Assembly: GCA_963729605.1 (NCBI GenBank)
Contig: CAVSNY010000007.1
Span: 832,001 to 896,000 of the forward strand
Direction: 5' to 3'
Length of the DNA stretch: 64,000 nt
From: an uncultured Gammaproteobacteria bacterium
GTDB lineage: Bacteria > Pseudomonadota > Gammaproteobacteria > DRLM01
Shown here: piece after piece, positions 1-9,176 of the stretch
Position numbering within the stretch: the stretch's first letter is position 1
How the letters are laid out: each line of letters opens with the position of its first letter
The notes under the pieces: model-generated
The model's input: only the letters and a program-made list of their open reading frames with translations
What the model was told of the DNA's origin: nothing
The model's database searches: none
Translations under genes and position numbers: made by a program

Positions 1-184
1 GTTCGATGACGTCGCGCTCGATGACGATGACCGGCGCCAGGGTTTGATCGGCGATTTGCGCGGTGCGGGTGGCGGTGACCACGATCGCCGCGTCATCGGC
101 GGCATGCAAGGCGCTGCCGCCGGCGGCATACAGCAGTGAAATCAAGGTAATTTTTTTTGTAAAAGATTTTTTTGGCAAAGACAT
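1..184 (-). CDS. btuB: TonB-dependent vitamin B12 receptor, 5' end (runs off the window)
   Basis: Manual translation MSLPKKSFTKKITLISLLYAAGGSALHAADDAAIVVTATRTAQIADQTLAPVIVIERDVIE: signal peptide, TonB box (IVVTATR) and start of the plug domain. Lies directly downstream of a cobalamin riboswitch. Confidence 0.85.
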   Translation of the reverse strand, partial: MSLPKKSFTKKITLISLLYAAGGSALHAADDAAIVVTATRTAQIADQTLAPVIVIERDVIE

Positions 185-314
185 GCGGACCGTTTCCTGT
201 TTTGTCTGCGCGCACCCACGCAGGTTGTAGTGGTGGTGCGCAGTGGAACAGGCAGGCCGGCAGGACGAAACGACATCCGCCAGCATTGCCCGCCGCAACA
301 CTGCGCTTCATCAA

Positions 315-505
315 CCTCAGGCCGGTCTCCGGGCTTGTGAGTGGATCGCTCCTGGCGGGCCGCCTTCCCACGCGATGCGCAGTGGCGATTGGCCCGTCTT
401 TGCTCACTTACCGTTGCGGGGGCAGCGCCGGACTTGCTCGTGATAGCGAGCGCACCGGCTTCCCGTTTCATCCCGCGCTTTGAGCGGCGCGGAACACCTG
501 ACGGT
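315..505 (-). ncRNA. Cobalamin (AdoCbl) riboswitch
   Basis: Minus strand reads AGGTG...AAACGGGAAGCCGGTG...AAGTCCGGCGCTGCCCCCGCAACGGTAA...GCCACTG...GGGAAGGCG...AAGCCCGGAGACCGGCCT, the canonical B12-element blocks including the B12 box. Confidence 0.95.
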
Positions 506-999
506 TTGAACGAGGCCGCACTGTACGGCGGCGGGCTGGAAGCTGTCAAGCCGCTTGCGACTCGGCGGTTGTTTTGGCCGTCCTAAGGCCCCGTTGAACC
601 TAAATATCAATAATTTATGCAAGGCGGCGGGCTGACGGTCGGGATGCGGCGACCCGTCTCTCAAGTGTGCGGGTCGGCGGCCGTTAAATTCGCCATAGGA
701 ACTGTCGAGTTAACGAAGCGTGTGATGTCGATATTGCGTAAAGGACTGCGACGACGTGCCGTTATAGATAGTGCCAAGGATGATCGGCGGAGTGGCGATT
801 TATCGGAAAGGCCGGCCGCTTACAAGGAGTGATTCTGCTGAGGGAGGTGCCCAGGGTCGGGTGTGAAAGGCAAGGACGTGTCGTTGGTCGTGCGGCGTTT
901 GCGCCGGCACGGATTCAATGCGGTAGCGACGCAAGGGTCTGCGGATTTTTCAATATTGCCTCTGTTTTTGATTGAAAGAACAGCGAAGAGGAAACGATC

Positions 1000-1947
1000 A
1001 TGAATAAATTTGTAAAAATCATCACCACTGCGGGCTCGGCGGCGCTGATTATGAGTGGTACTGCCATGGCCGATCCGCCCGCCAATTTCGATGTGTGGAG
1101 CGTGAGCAGCGGCAACATTTCGTTCGGTGACTATGATAGCGGCACCGCCGGTACGCAAACGTGCCCCGCCGGCTTTACTTGCGGGACACCGGTGACAGGC
1201 TCCGGATTCCTGCAACGTCAGGTCGTGAATAATGTCTCCGGCGCTCAATATTTTCAGACTATCGTGGCGCCGGAAGGCGCGACCGGCGCGCCTGCCGCTC
1301 TGGTTTTCGCCGATGAAACCTTCGTCAGGGTCGGTGCCAGCGGTGTGTCGGGTAAACAGCATGCCCTCGACTCCTCGGTATCCGGCATCGAAACCACCGA
1401 TGTCTCGACGTCCACCATGCTTAATTCGGGATGGGCGTCGGGTGGATCTTTTAACGATTTGCAAATCAGTCAATCGATCACCTTGACCAACAATAAATCG
1501 ACCACGCCGGAAGTGACGCTTTTTAACGGATTCACCTTCAATCAAAACGGCACCAACGCCGCGCCCACCGGTAAATTCCTGGACGTGACCCAGGGCGTGT
1601 TGATCGAAGGCGACGCGAACATCGCCAATAACACCGGCGATGACGTGCAGAAATTCGTGATGCGGCAAGCCTCAGGCAATCTCAACGGTGCCGCGCATGT
1701 CTTGGCCTCACCGGTATTGCTGCCGGGCAATGGCAGCGACTTGGCCTGGTCGGCCACCGATGACGTAAAAGTCATCTGGGTAGGCCAGCAAATGATTAAA
1801 TCGGGCGTGGAGTCCTTCCGTTATCAGTTTTACGACAACCTCACGTCGGTCGCCGCCGATTCCATTTCGGATTTCGAAGTGGGTCAAGCGACGCCCTTCA
1901 GCTGGGTCAATCCCTTCTCCACGACACCGGGTTTGACCGTGCCTTGA
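1000..1947 (+). CDS. Secreted hypothetical protein (signal peptide, S/T/G/N-rich, CPAGFTC pair)
   Basis: 315-aa ORF, RBS GAGGA, Sec signal ending AMA-D, followed by an intrinsic terminator. Confidence 0.8.
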   Translation: MNKFVKIITTAGSAALIMSGTAMADPPANFDVWSVSSGNISFGDYDSGTAGTQTCPAGFTCGTPVTGSGFLQRQVVNNVSGAQYFQTIVAPEGATGAPAALVFADETFVRVGASGVSGKQHALDSSVSGIETTDVSTSTMLNSGWASGGSFNDLQISQSITLTNNKSTTPEVTLFNGFTFNQNGTNAAPTGKFLDVTQGVLIEGDANIANNTGDDVQKFVMRQASGNLNGAAHVLASPVLLPGNGSDLAWSATDDVKVIWVGQQMIKSGVESFRYQFYDNLTSVAADSISDFEVGQATPFSWVNPFSTTPGLTVP

Positions 1948-2012
1948 TTTGACTTTAAACAGTTTGCTTGCCGGATCTCAATCCTACGCATTTGCATGCA
2001 TCTTACCGGCGC

Positions 2013-2042
2013 GGGGAGGGGAAACCCTCCCCCTTCTTTTTT
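2013..2042 (+). terminator. Rho-independent terminator
   Basis: GGGGAGGG-GAAA-CCCTCCCC followed by a T-rich tract. Confidence 0.8.
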
Positions 2043-2163
2043 GAGCCCTGGTAAATCTCAAACGGCCATCCTCCTTTCCCGTTTCCCTGCTTTTTCCCCG
2101 ATCGCCCGAATGTTGCTACCATGGTGAACAGTAGGCATTAAATTAGATAAAGTCAGCGGGGCG

Positions 2164-3120
2164 ATGGAACAAACTTTTTATCGGGATTTAGATCAGGGCA
2201 TCACCGTCATCGACACCGGTTATCATCGTCCGGGTTTTGATGCCAGTTATTTGCTGTTGGCGGGCGACGAAGCGGCCTTCGTCGATGTGGGTACCGCGTT
2301 TTCCGTGCCGCGCTTATTGCGGGTGCTCGCCGAAAAAAACATCCCGCGCGGACAGGTGCGGTATGTCATGGTGACGCATGTGCATCTCGACCATGCCGGT
2401 GGCGCGGGAACTTTATTGCGGGAACTGCCCGAGGCGCAGCTCATCGTGCATCCGCGCGGCGCGGCGCACATGATCGATCCCGGCAAATTGATCGCCGGTG
2501 CGACCGCGGTGTATGGCGACACGGCGTTTCGCGATTTATATGGTGAGATCGTCGCGGTACCCGCGGCGCGGGTAATCGAAGTGGACGATGACTTTAATCT
2601 GCATTGGAACGAGAGACCGTTGCGGTTTCTCGATACGCCGGGCCACGCGCGCCATCACTACAGTATATACGACGAGACCAGCCGCGGCATTTTCACCGGC
2701 GATACCTTCGGCTTGTCGTATCGCGAATTCGACAGCGCGCAAGGGCCGTTCATCTTTCCCACCACCACCCCCGTGCAATTCGAACCGGCGGCGTTGCATG
2801 CTTCCATAGAACGCTTGCTGACCTTGCCGGCCGACTGGCTTTATCTCACCCATTATGGCCGCGTCGGCGATCCGCCGCGCCTGGCCGGGCGTCTGCATGT
2901 GCTGATCGATGAATTCGTCGCTTTGGCGAACGATGTGTCAGGTACGGGAGACGAGCGGCAGCGAAATTTGGAAGCGGGATTGTCGGAGATTTTATTGCAG
3001 GCGCTGGATGTCCACGGCTGTACCTTGCCGCGGGCTCGTGTCTTGGAATTGCTGGCCGTGGATGTACGGCTCAATGCCCAGGGTTTGGCGGTGTGGCTGG
3101 ATCGTCAGGCGCGCTCTTGA
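2164..3120 (+). CDS. MBL-fold metallo-hydrolase
   Basis: THVHLDHAGG (HxHxDH), TPGHARHH, FTGD and THYG motifs. Confidence 0.9.
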   Translation: MEQTFYRDLDQGITVIDTGYHRPGFDASYLLLAGDEAAFVDVGTAFSVPRLLRVLAEKNIPRGQVRYVMVTHVHLDHAGGAGTLLRELPEAQLIVHPRGAAHMIDPGKLIAGATAVYGDTAFRDLYGEIVAVPAARVIEVDDDFNLHWNERPLRFLDTPGHARHHYSIYDETSRGIFTGDTFGLSYREFDSAQGPFIFPTTTPVQFEPAALHASIERLLTLPADWLYLTHYGRVGDPPRLAGRLHVLIDEFVALANDVSGTGDERQRNLEAGLSEILLQALDVHGCTLPRARVLELLAVDVRLNAQGLAVWLDRQARS

Positions 3121-3130
3121 CGTGCATATG

Positions 3131-3754
3131 TTACGGCGTGGCGATGAGCTGCGGCGGCAGTGCCGCCAGATCCTCCGGCCGATCGATGTCGGTCCGTTCC
3201 GGTAATAAACACCAATGCTGGTTCATCTCGCGCAGCCGCGCGAGGGTGTTGGCCAGCACCGTGGCGCGGCCCCACGCCATGCCCTCGAACAAGCGCGGCT
3301 GCGCGCGGCGCAAACCGATCAACCAATAACCGCCGTCCCGCGCCGGACCCACTACCGCGTCGGCGCCGTCCGCCAGCGCGGTGACGGCCTGTTGCAGATC
3401 CCGGGTCGTCATGCCCGGACAATCGCTACCGGTGAGGATGACGTATTGCGCGCGGGTCAGCGCGTCATCAAAAGCCTGGGCCATGCGCGCGCCCAGGTCG
3501 CCGCCGCTTTGATTGTGCAGGCTGAGCGGCCACGAGACGCGCGCCGCGCTGAAAAAGGCATGGCGGGTATCGGGACTGCACCACAACTCCACCGGATAGT
3601 CCGCCGCGCAGACCGTGGCGAGGGTGTGCCTCACCAGCCGTTCATGCAAGGCCGCCGCTCGCGCCGCGCCGAGGGCGGGAATCAAGCGGGTTTTGGCCTG
3701 TCCGGCGATTGGCGCCTTGGCGAAGACCAGGATGCGCGCGGAGGGGCCGTTCAC
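3131..3754 (-). CDS. TIGR04282/DUF2064-family arsenosugar biosynthesis glycosyltransferase
   Basis: ILVFAKAP..G.AKTRL, Q.GGDLGARM, GSDCP, VGPARDGGYWLIGL and DIDRPEDL motifs. Start placed at GTG 3754, overlapping the upstream stop. Confidence 0.85.
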   Translation of the reverse strand: MNGPSARILVFAKAPIAGQAKTRLIPALGAARAAALHERLVRHTLATVCAADYPVELWCSPDTRHAFFSAARVSWPLSLHNQSGGDLGARMAQAFDDALTRAQYVILTGSDCPGMTTRDLQQAVTALADGADAVVGPARDGGYWLIGLRRAQPRLFEGMAWGRATVLANTLARLREMNQHWCLLPERTDIDRPEDLAALPPQLIATP

Positions 3755-4443
3755 GATTTCTTGCCGCCGCTGCCGTAACGCCGCAGCAAGTCTCGCGGGT
3801 CGGCGCCGAAAAAATAAGCCAGGCGCAGCCGCCACATCAACCACACCGTAGACGCTATCCCGTGGCTTTCCCAGCGGCGGCTGGAGGTGATGACGCGTTC
3901 ACGCAGGCAGAGCGGCCGGCCGGATCTTTTCAAGACGCGCGACAGCGCGATGTCTTCCATCAGCGCGATGTCGGGGAAACCACCCACGCTTTCGAACAAG
4001 CGCCGTTCGACGAAGATCGCCTGATCGCCGGTGGCGATGCCGGAGAGCCGCGAACGCAGGTTCATCAGGGCTTCGATGAGGCGGAGCGCGGGATGGCGGC
4101 CGGATAAACGCACATCGAAGCGGCCCCAGCGACGCCCGCGGCGAGATAACCCTTCGGCGATTAACCGCGCGCAGTCATGCGGTAAAACGCTGTCGGCGTG
4201 CAAAAACACCAGCACCTCGCCACCGGCCAGCCGGGCGCCGGTGTTCATCTGCCGGGCGCGGCCCGGCGCGGAATGGACGACCTGGTCGGCGAGCGGCGCG
4301 GCGAGCGCGGCACTGCCGTCGGCGCTGCCGCCGTCCACCACGATGAGTTCATGTCCCGCGCGCCGCAGCGCTTGCAGCGGTGCGAGCGCGGCGGTGATGC
4401 CGGCCGCTTCATCGAGCATGGGAATGATGATGGATAGCCGCAT
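3751..4443 (-). CDS. TIGR04283-family arsenosugar biosynthesis glycosyltransferase (GT2)
   Basis: LSIIIPMLDEA, VVDGGSADG, GRARQMNTGA, FLHADS, TGDQAIFV, LMEDIALS and TSSRRW motifs. Confidence 0.9.
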   Translation of the reverse strand: MRLSIIIPMLDEAAGITAALAPLQALRRAGHELIVVDGGSADGSAALAAPLADQVVHSAPGRARQMNTGARLAGGEVLVFLHADSVLPHDCARLIAEGLSRRGRRWGRFDVRLSGRHPALRLIEALMNLRSRLSGIATGDQAIFVERRLFESVGGFPDIALMEDIALSRVLKRSGRPLCLRERVITSSRRWESHGIASTVWLMWRLRLAYFFGADPRDLLRRYGSGGKKS

Positions 4444-4514
4444 GGATTGGGCGTCGATGGATTAGTCGGTGTAAGGTGAAGGCATAAGGCGCGGGCCTTT
4501 GCATCGGTCCCGTT

Positions 4515-4661
4515 TCAACAACAGCCGTTTTCGTTGCTGACGATCTCTTCCGGCACCAGCGTCAAGAGCGAGTTGTCGTAGCTCACCGGACAGCACAAGC
4601 TGGGTTGCAGGTCCATGGCGCCGCGTGAGTAACGGTCGAGTACCGCGGAATGAATGTTCAT
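4515..4661 (-). pseudogene. 48-aa ORF resembling the N-terminus of ArsM-like methyltransferases (remnant or mini-protein)
   Basis: Manual translation MNIHSAVLDRYSRGAMDLQPSLCCPVSYDNSLLTLVPEEIVSNENGCC*, with RBS AAGGTGG. It occupies the slot next to arsS where a methyltransferase is expected. Confidence 0.6.
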
Positions 4662-4763
4662 GGAATCCACCTTGTATAAAAATAGAAAAGGTAAAAGGGT
4701 TTTTTATCTTCTTCCCGGTTTTTGCGCGGGGAAAAAAGCCTCTTTTTCCGCTATTTTCGCTAT

Positions 4764-5732
4764 TCAATCTTTTACCAGCGCGCCGCCGCAACTGCTGCCC
4801 TGCCCGGCGGTGCAGCCGTAGCAATGGTCTTTCACCACGATGGGATTGCCGGTGAGGTTTACCCCCATGAGGTCTTTGATGTGCGTGCGCGGACGGTCGT
4901 TGAGGCGCAGCGGCAGGGCGAGCATTTGATTGAAATCGCAATCGTAGACATACCCTTGCCAGTCGATGCTGATCAAATCGCGGCACATCACCGATTCGAG
5001 ATTGGCGTCTTGGTGGGCCTCATGCAACAGCGTCATGTAATCCTCGAACTGCCCTTTGGAGATCAGCGTGCTGCCGAAACGTTGGATGGGCATATTGGCC
5101 AAGGTGAAGAGTTGATTGAAGACGATGCCGTATGCATCACTCAGGTGTTGTTTATAGTCGGCCTGCAATGGACCTTGCGCGGGCGGTAATGACGGTCCTT
5201 GCGGGTTGTACACCAGATTCAAGATCAAACCGCTGTCCGGTTGGCCGTAACCCAAGGCGTTGAGTCGCTGCAGTGCGCGAATGCTGGCGGCGAATACGCC
5301 CTTGCCGCGCTGACGGTCCACATTGTCTTCGAGATAACAGGGCAGGGAAGCAATGGCCTCGACGCGTTGCATCGCGAGGAATTCGGCCAAATCTTCCTGC
5401 CCCGGTTCTTCGAGTATGGTGAGATTGCAGCGGTCGATGACTCGTATGCCTTGCGCCCGCGCGGTACGCACGATGTCGCGGAAGTGGGGATTCAATTCCG
5501 GTGCGCCGCCGGTGAGGTCGAGGGCGCCGATGTTCGCGGCGCGCAGATAGGCCAGCACCTGCTCCACGGTTTCACGCGTCATGATTTCGGTGCGGCGCGG
5601 CCCGGCGTTGACATGGCAGTGCAGGCATTGCTGATTGCAGAGATAGCCCAGATTGACTTGCAGCGTCTCCAGCTTGTTACGACGCAGGGCGGGGAAACGG
5701 GTTTGCTCCAGTAGAGGCAAGGTGGCTAACAT
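4764..5732 (-). CDS. arsS: Arsenosugar biosynthesis radical SAM protein ArsS (TIGR04167 type)
   Basis: CNQQCLHCHVNAGP (CxxxCxxC), DLTGGAPELNP, YDCDFNQM and C-terminal HCYGCTAGQGSSCGG. Confidence 0.9.
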   Translation of the reverse strand: MLATLPLLEQTRFPALRRNKLETLQVNLGYLCNQQCLHCHVNAGPRRTEIMTRETVEQVLAYLRAANIGALDLTGGAPELNPHFRDIVRTARAQGIRVIDRCNLTILEEPGQEDLAEFLAMQRVEAIASLPCYLEDNVDRQRGKGVFAASIRALQRLNALGYGQPDSGLILNLVYNPQGPSLPPAQGPLQADYKQHLSDAYGIVFNQLFTLANMPIQRFGSTLISKGQFEDYMTLLHEAHQDANLESVMCRDLISIDWQGYVYDCDFNQMLALPLRLNDRPRTHIKDLMGVNLTGNPIVVKDHCYGCTAGQGSSCGGALVKD

Positions 5733-5757
5733 GGCTGCATCCTTGGTTGGTTGAACA

Positions 5758-6495
5758 TCAGTCTTCCGCGCGCGCCGGGTCGGGCGCGGCTTTGCTTTTG
5801 TCGCGGATCTTTTTTACCACAACCGGGAGCAAGGCGAACACGCCCAATAAGCCGAAGGCCGCCAGCGTCCCGGCGGAGAGAAGCTCGCTGGTGGAATTGA
5901 TGCGGCCCAAGGATAACCCCAGATTGGCGAAGACGAAACTGCCCGGAATAATCCCGAGAAAGGTGGCCGCCACATAGACGCGGACCGAGACGGGCGTGAA
6001 GGCCGGCGCGAGATTCACCAGCCAGAACGGAAACAGCGGCACCAGGCGCAGGAACAATAAATAGTGGAAGGCGTTTTCGTGAAAGCCGGCGATGAGTTTG
6101 TCGGCGCGCTCGCCCAATCGCCGCCGCACGGTCTCGGCGAACAGATAGCGGGCGGCGAGAAACACCAAGGTCGCACCGAGGGTGGCGGCGATCACGATGA
6201 TGAGCGTGCCCGCCCAGCGGCCGAACAGCATGCCCACCGCCAGCGACATGATCACCCCGCCCGGCACGCTGAGCGCCACCGCGCCCGCGTAAATCAACAG
6301 GGCCGCGGCGAGCGTGGTCCAGTAATGTTGCCGGGAGAAACTCAACAGAGCGTCGCGGTTTTCCTTAAGCGTATCGAGGCTCAGCCACTCGTTGCCGCCC
6401 AGGGCGAAAAAGGCGCCGATACCGCCGGCGAACACCGCGATGACGGCGAGCTTGAGCCAGCGCGCGGAAGTGGAATGTGGTTTTTTTCTAGCCAT
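5758..6495 (-). CDS. TVP38/TMEM64 (DedA/SNARE-associated) membrane protein
   Basis: Hydrophobic, with GATLVFLAARY, LFLRLVPLFPFWLVN and ATFLGIIPG motifs. Confidence 0.9.
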   Translation of the reverse strand: MARKKPHSTSARWLKLAVIAVFAGGIGAFFALGGNEWLSLDTLKENRDALLSFSRQHYWTTLAAALLIYAGAVALSVPGGVIMSLAVGMLFGRWAGTLIIVIAATLGATLVFLAARYLFAETVRRRLGERADKLIAGFHENAFHYLLFLRLVPLFPFWLVNLAPAFTPVSVRVYVAATFLGIIPGSFVFANLGLSLGRINSTSELLSAGTLAAFGLLGVFALLPVVVKKIRDKSKAAPDPARAED

Positions 6496-6690
6496 GGGTT
6501 ATTCCGTGGGCTCGTATCGGCGCGGTGCCGCGGCGACTGATTGATCGATCTTTACGCCCAAGACGCCAAGTTTTTCTTTGCCATGGAAGAGATTTTTTTC
6601 CGCGTCCTTGGTGGTCAAGCAGTCTTTCCAGGTTTTCCTCAGTATAGCCGCCGTCGTGCGGGGGCGGCGGGATCGTCGCGATGATGATGT

Positions 6691-6716
6691 AGTCGCACGG
6701 CGCGCCGAGACCTTAC
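6691..6716 (-). promoter_or_regulatory. Putative ECF-sigma promoter GTAAGG-N15-CGACT upstream of TVP38-arsS
   Basis: Same -35/-10 words and spacing as the site at 9177-9202. Confidence 0.55.
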
Positions 6717-6970
6717 GAATTTTTTTTATCGGCGCCGAGCCTGGCCCGGATGCGTTGTTTGGCCTCGTCGGAGAGTGGCGGCGCGGCGGTTGTGTCGAGG
6801 TGCTCGGGTAAGTGCCGCGTCGCCTGTCGGAGGAAAAGCAGTTGGCGCCGATAGCGGCTGCACAATGTGCAGATCATCAGGTGCATACGCACCGCGAGGC
6901 GTTTACCGATCGGCAGCGGGCGATCCAGCGACAACGACACCATTTGGCTGACTTCTTTGCACGATAACAT
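6713..6970 (-). CDS. zf-HC2 zinc-finger anti-sigma factor
   Basis: MLSCKEVSQMVS...HLMICTLCSRYRRQL (C...HxxxCxxC); start overlaps the sigma factor stop (TGATG). Confidence 0.85.
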   Translation of the reverse strand: MLSCKEVSQMVSLSLDRPLPIGKRLAVRMHLMICTLCSRYRRQLLFLRQATRHLPEHLDTTAAPPLSDEAKQRIRARLGADKKNS

Positions 6971-7545
6971 CACGTCTTGTCCTCGCCCTGACGGTGGAAC
7001 CAGTTCGCGTCCAGGCACTGCCGCATGCGCAGGCGGGCGCGCGACAATATGACCCACAGGTTGTTGGTCGTATCGATGGCCAATTCCTGACAAATGGCTT
7101 CGGTGCTGAGGCCATCGAGTTCGCGCAGCATCAAGGCGTCGCCCATGCGCGGCGGCAGATGTCCCAAACATTCTCGGAATATCCGCCAGAATTCTTTTTG
7201 TTCGAGGGCCTTGTCCGGGTCTGACCATTGACTGACGTCGATCCGCCAGTGGCCGTGTTGATCGAACAGGTCGGCGGTCTGATCGGCGGCCGCGTCGATG
7301 TCATCGCCCAGCGGCCGCTCCCGCCGCGCCTTGCGCAGATGATCGACGATCTTGTGTTTGAGAATGCCGATGAGCCAGGTCCGCTCCGAGGACCGGCCGG
7401 CGTAGCGCGCCTGCATGGCGGCGAGCAGGGTGTCCTGCACCAGATCCTCGGCCAGCGGGCTATCGCGCAGGCGCAGCATGGCGTAGCGGTAGAGGGCGTC
7501 GCCGTGTTGATCCAGCCACTGCTTGGGGTCGCTCGCGGTCGGCAT
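6970..7545 (-). CDS. ECF RNA polymerase sigma-70 factor (TIGR02943-like)
   Basis: LYRYAMLRLRD..AEDLVQDTLL, SERTWLIGILKHKIVD, LRELDGLST..IC and NNLWVILSRARLRMRQCL. Confidence 0.9.
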   Translation of the reverse strand: MPTASDPKQWLDQHGDALYRYAMLRLRDSPLAEDLVQDTLLAAMQARYAGRSSERTWLIGILKHKIVDHLRKARRERPLGDDIDAAADQTADLFDQHGHWRIDVSQWSDPDKALEQKEFWRIFRECLGHLPPRMGDALMLRELDGLSTEAICQELAIDTTNNLWVILSRARLRMRQCLDANWFHRQGEDKT

Positions 7546-7594
7546 GGTTGTCGTGAGTCCGGTTCAGGGTAAGGCCGCGCTGCGGTCATGATAG

Positions 7595-9028
7595 TTATTT
7601 TCCGCGCAGGCGGAAAATCCGTTTGAGCCATTTTCTCGCGCGGGGCGTCAACCCCGCCTTGAGGCGTTGGTCGGCCACCCGCCGGTTGATCTGCGCCAGG
7701 GTTGGATAAATGTGGATCACCCCGGACAGATCCTTGGCCTTCATCCCGTTGGCGAGGGCGAGCACGTATTCGTGGATGAGTTCACCGGCGTGCGGCCCCA
7801 CCAGCGTCGCGCCCAATAATTTTCCCCGGGGGCCGGTGATGATTTTGGCGAAGCCGTCGGTCTCGCCGTCGGTTTGCGCGCGGTCGATGTCGTGAAAGGG
7901 GAAGGTGTAGACCTGGTGCGCGATGCCTTGTCGGCGCGCCTGGTTTTCCGACAGCCCCACCCGCGCCACTTCCGGGTCGCTGTAGGTGCACCAGGGGATG
8001 ACCCGTTGTTCCACTTTGGCGGGCAGATGGAACAGCGCGTTGCGCAACACCACGCCGGCCTGATGTTCCGCCATGTGGGTGAACAGATACGGGCCGGTGA
8101 CGTCGCCGCAGGCGTAGATGTGTTTGACGCTGGTGCGCAGGCGCGGGTCGGTGCGGACGTAACCGCGCTCATCGAGTCGCACGCCGGCGGCGTCCAGCCC
8201 CAGGTTTTCGCTATTGGCGCGGCGGCCGGTGGCCAGTAACAGGTGCGAGCCGTTGACGGTGAGGGTGGCGCCCGCGTGTTGTTTGAATGTGAGCTGGAGA
8301 TCACCGGTTTGACCGCTGACCCCCAGCGTTTCACTGTCGAGCAACACATTGACTCCCTCGGCGCGCAGGCGCCGTTCCACCACGGCGGCCGCGTCCCGGT
8401 CTTCCACCGGGAGCAATTGCGGACCACGTTCGATCAGCGTCACCTCGCTGCCGAGGCGGGCGAAGGCCTGGGCCATTTCCACGCCGATGGGACCGCCGCC
8501 CAGCACGAGTAAACGCGGCACCGGTTCGCGCAGAGTGAAGACGGTCTCGTTGGTGAGAAAGGGCACATCGGCCAAGCCCGCGATGGGCGGCACGGCCGGC
8601 CGCGAGCCGGTGGCGATGACGAAATTCTTCGCGGTGAGGCGGCGGCCGTCCACCTCGAAGACGTGAGGATCGGTAAAACGGCCCGCGCCGAAAATCACCT
8701 CGATACCCATGTCGCGGAAACGTTGCGGATTGTCATGCACTTCGATGGTGGCGATGACCGAGTTCACCCGATCCATGACTTGGCCGATATCCACCCTAAG
8801 ACTGTGGCCGGGCAGGCCGTAACGCTGCGCGGTCCGCGCCAGGTGCGCCACCTTCGCGGTCTGGAGCAGGGCCTTGCTGGGCACGCAGCCGGTCCACAGG
8901 CAATCGCCGCCCAGCCGGTGTTTCTCGACCAGGGCCACCTTGGCCCCCAGGGTGGCGGCGCCCGCCGCGGCCACCAGCCCGCCGGAGCCGCCGCCGATGA
9001 CGCAGAGATCGAATTCCGTTTTAGGCAT
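7595..9028 (-). CDS. FAD-dependent pyridine nucleotide-disulfide oxidoreductase (MerA/LpdA-like)
   Basis: VIGGGSGG, GGDCLWTGCVPSK, VLGGGPIGVE, IYACGD and HIYPTLA motifs. Start placed at MPKTEFD (RBS GGAG). Confidence 0.88.
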   Translation of the reverse strand: MPKTEFDLCVIGGGSGGLVAAAGAATLGAKVALVEKHRLGGDCLWTGCVPSKALLQTAKVAHLARTAQRYGLPGHSLRVDIGQVMDRVNSVIATIEVHDNPQRFRDMGIEVIFGAGRFTDPHVFEVDGRRLTAKNFVIATGSRPAVPPIAGLADVPFLTNETVFTLREPVPRLLVLGGGPIGVEMAQAFARLGSEVTLIERGPQLLPVEDRDAAAVVERRLRAEGVNVLLDSETLGVSGQTGDLQLTFKQHAGATLTVNGSHLLLATGRRANSENLGLDAAGVRLDERGYVRTDPRLRTSVKHIYACGDVTGPYLFTHMAEHQAGVVLRNALFHLPAKVEQRVIPWCTYSDPEVARVGLSENQARRQGIAHQVYTFPFHDIDRAQTDGETDGFAKIITGPRGKLLGATLVGPHAGELIHEYVLALANGMKAKDLSGVIHIYPTLAQINRRVADQRLKAGLTPRARKWLKRIFRLRGK

Positions 9029-9176
9029 CGGCGGGTTCTCCAGGGGCGGTCCGGCGGGGCGTAACGACGGCCGGGATGGCCGGCCGGCAGGTTTCACCGT
9101 AACGGTTTTGGGTCGGCCGGGCAAACACTTGGCGGGCGAAGAGGGGTGAATGAACATAGGCCATGGTTGCTTGATC

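Noticed and set aside
4440-4517. Sec read-through of the mini-ORF TGA
   Set aside because: The downstream codons do not resemble a methyltransferase, only ~70 bp remain before the next gene, and no convincing SECIS is visible.
4764-4830. Selenocysteine in the ArsS C-terminus
   Set aside because: The GSSCGG position is encoded by TGC (Cys) and the ORF has no in-frame TGA.
7595-9028. Mercuric reductase MerA
   Set aside because: It lacks the C-terminal Cys-Cys pair and the N-terminal HMA domain, and no mer genes are nearby; kept as a generic disulfide oxidoreductase.
9021-9164. 47-aa leader ORF (MAYVHSPLF...) before the oxidoreductase
   Set aside because: No RBS and no recognisable motif; cannot be told apart from a chance ORF in GC-rich DNA.
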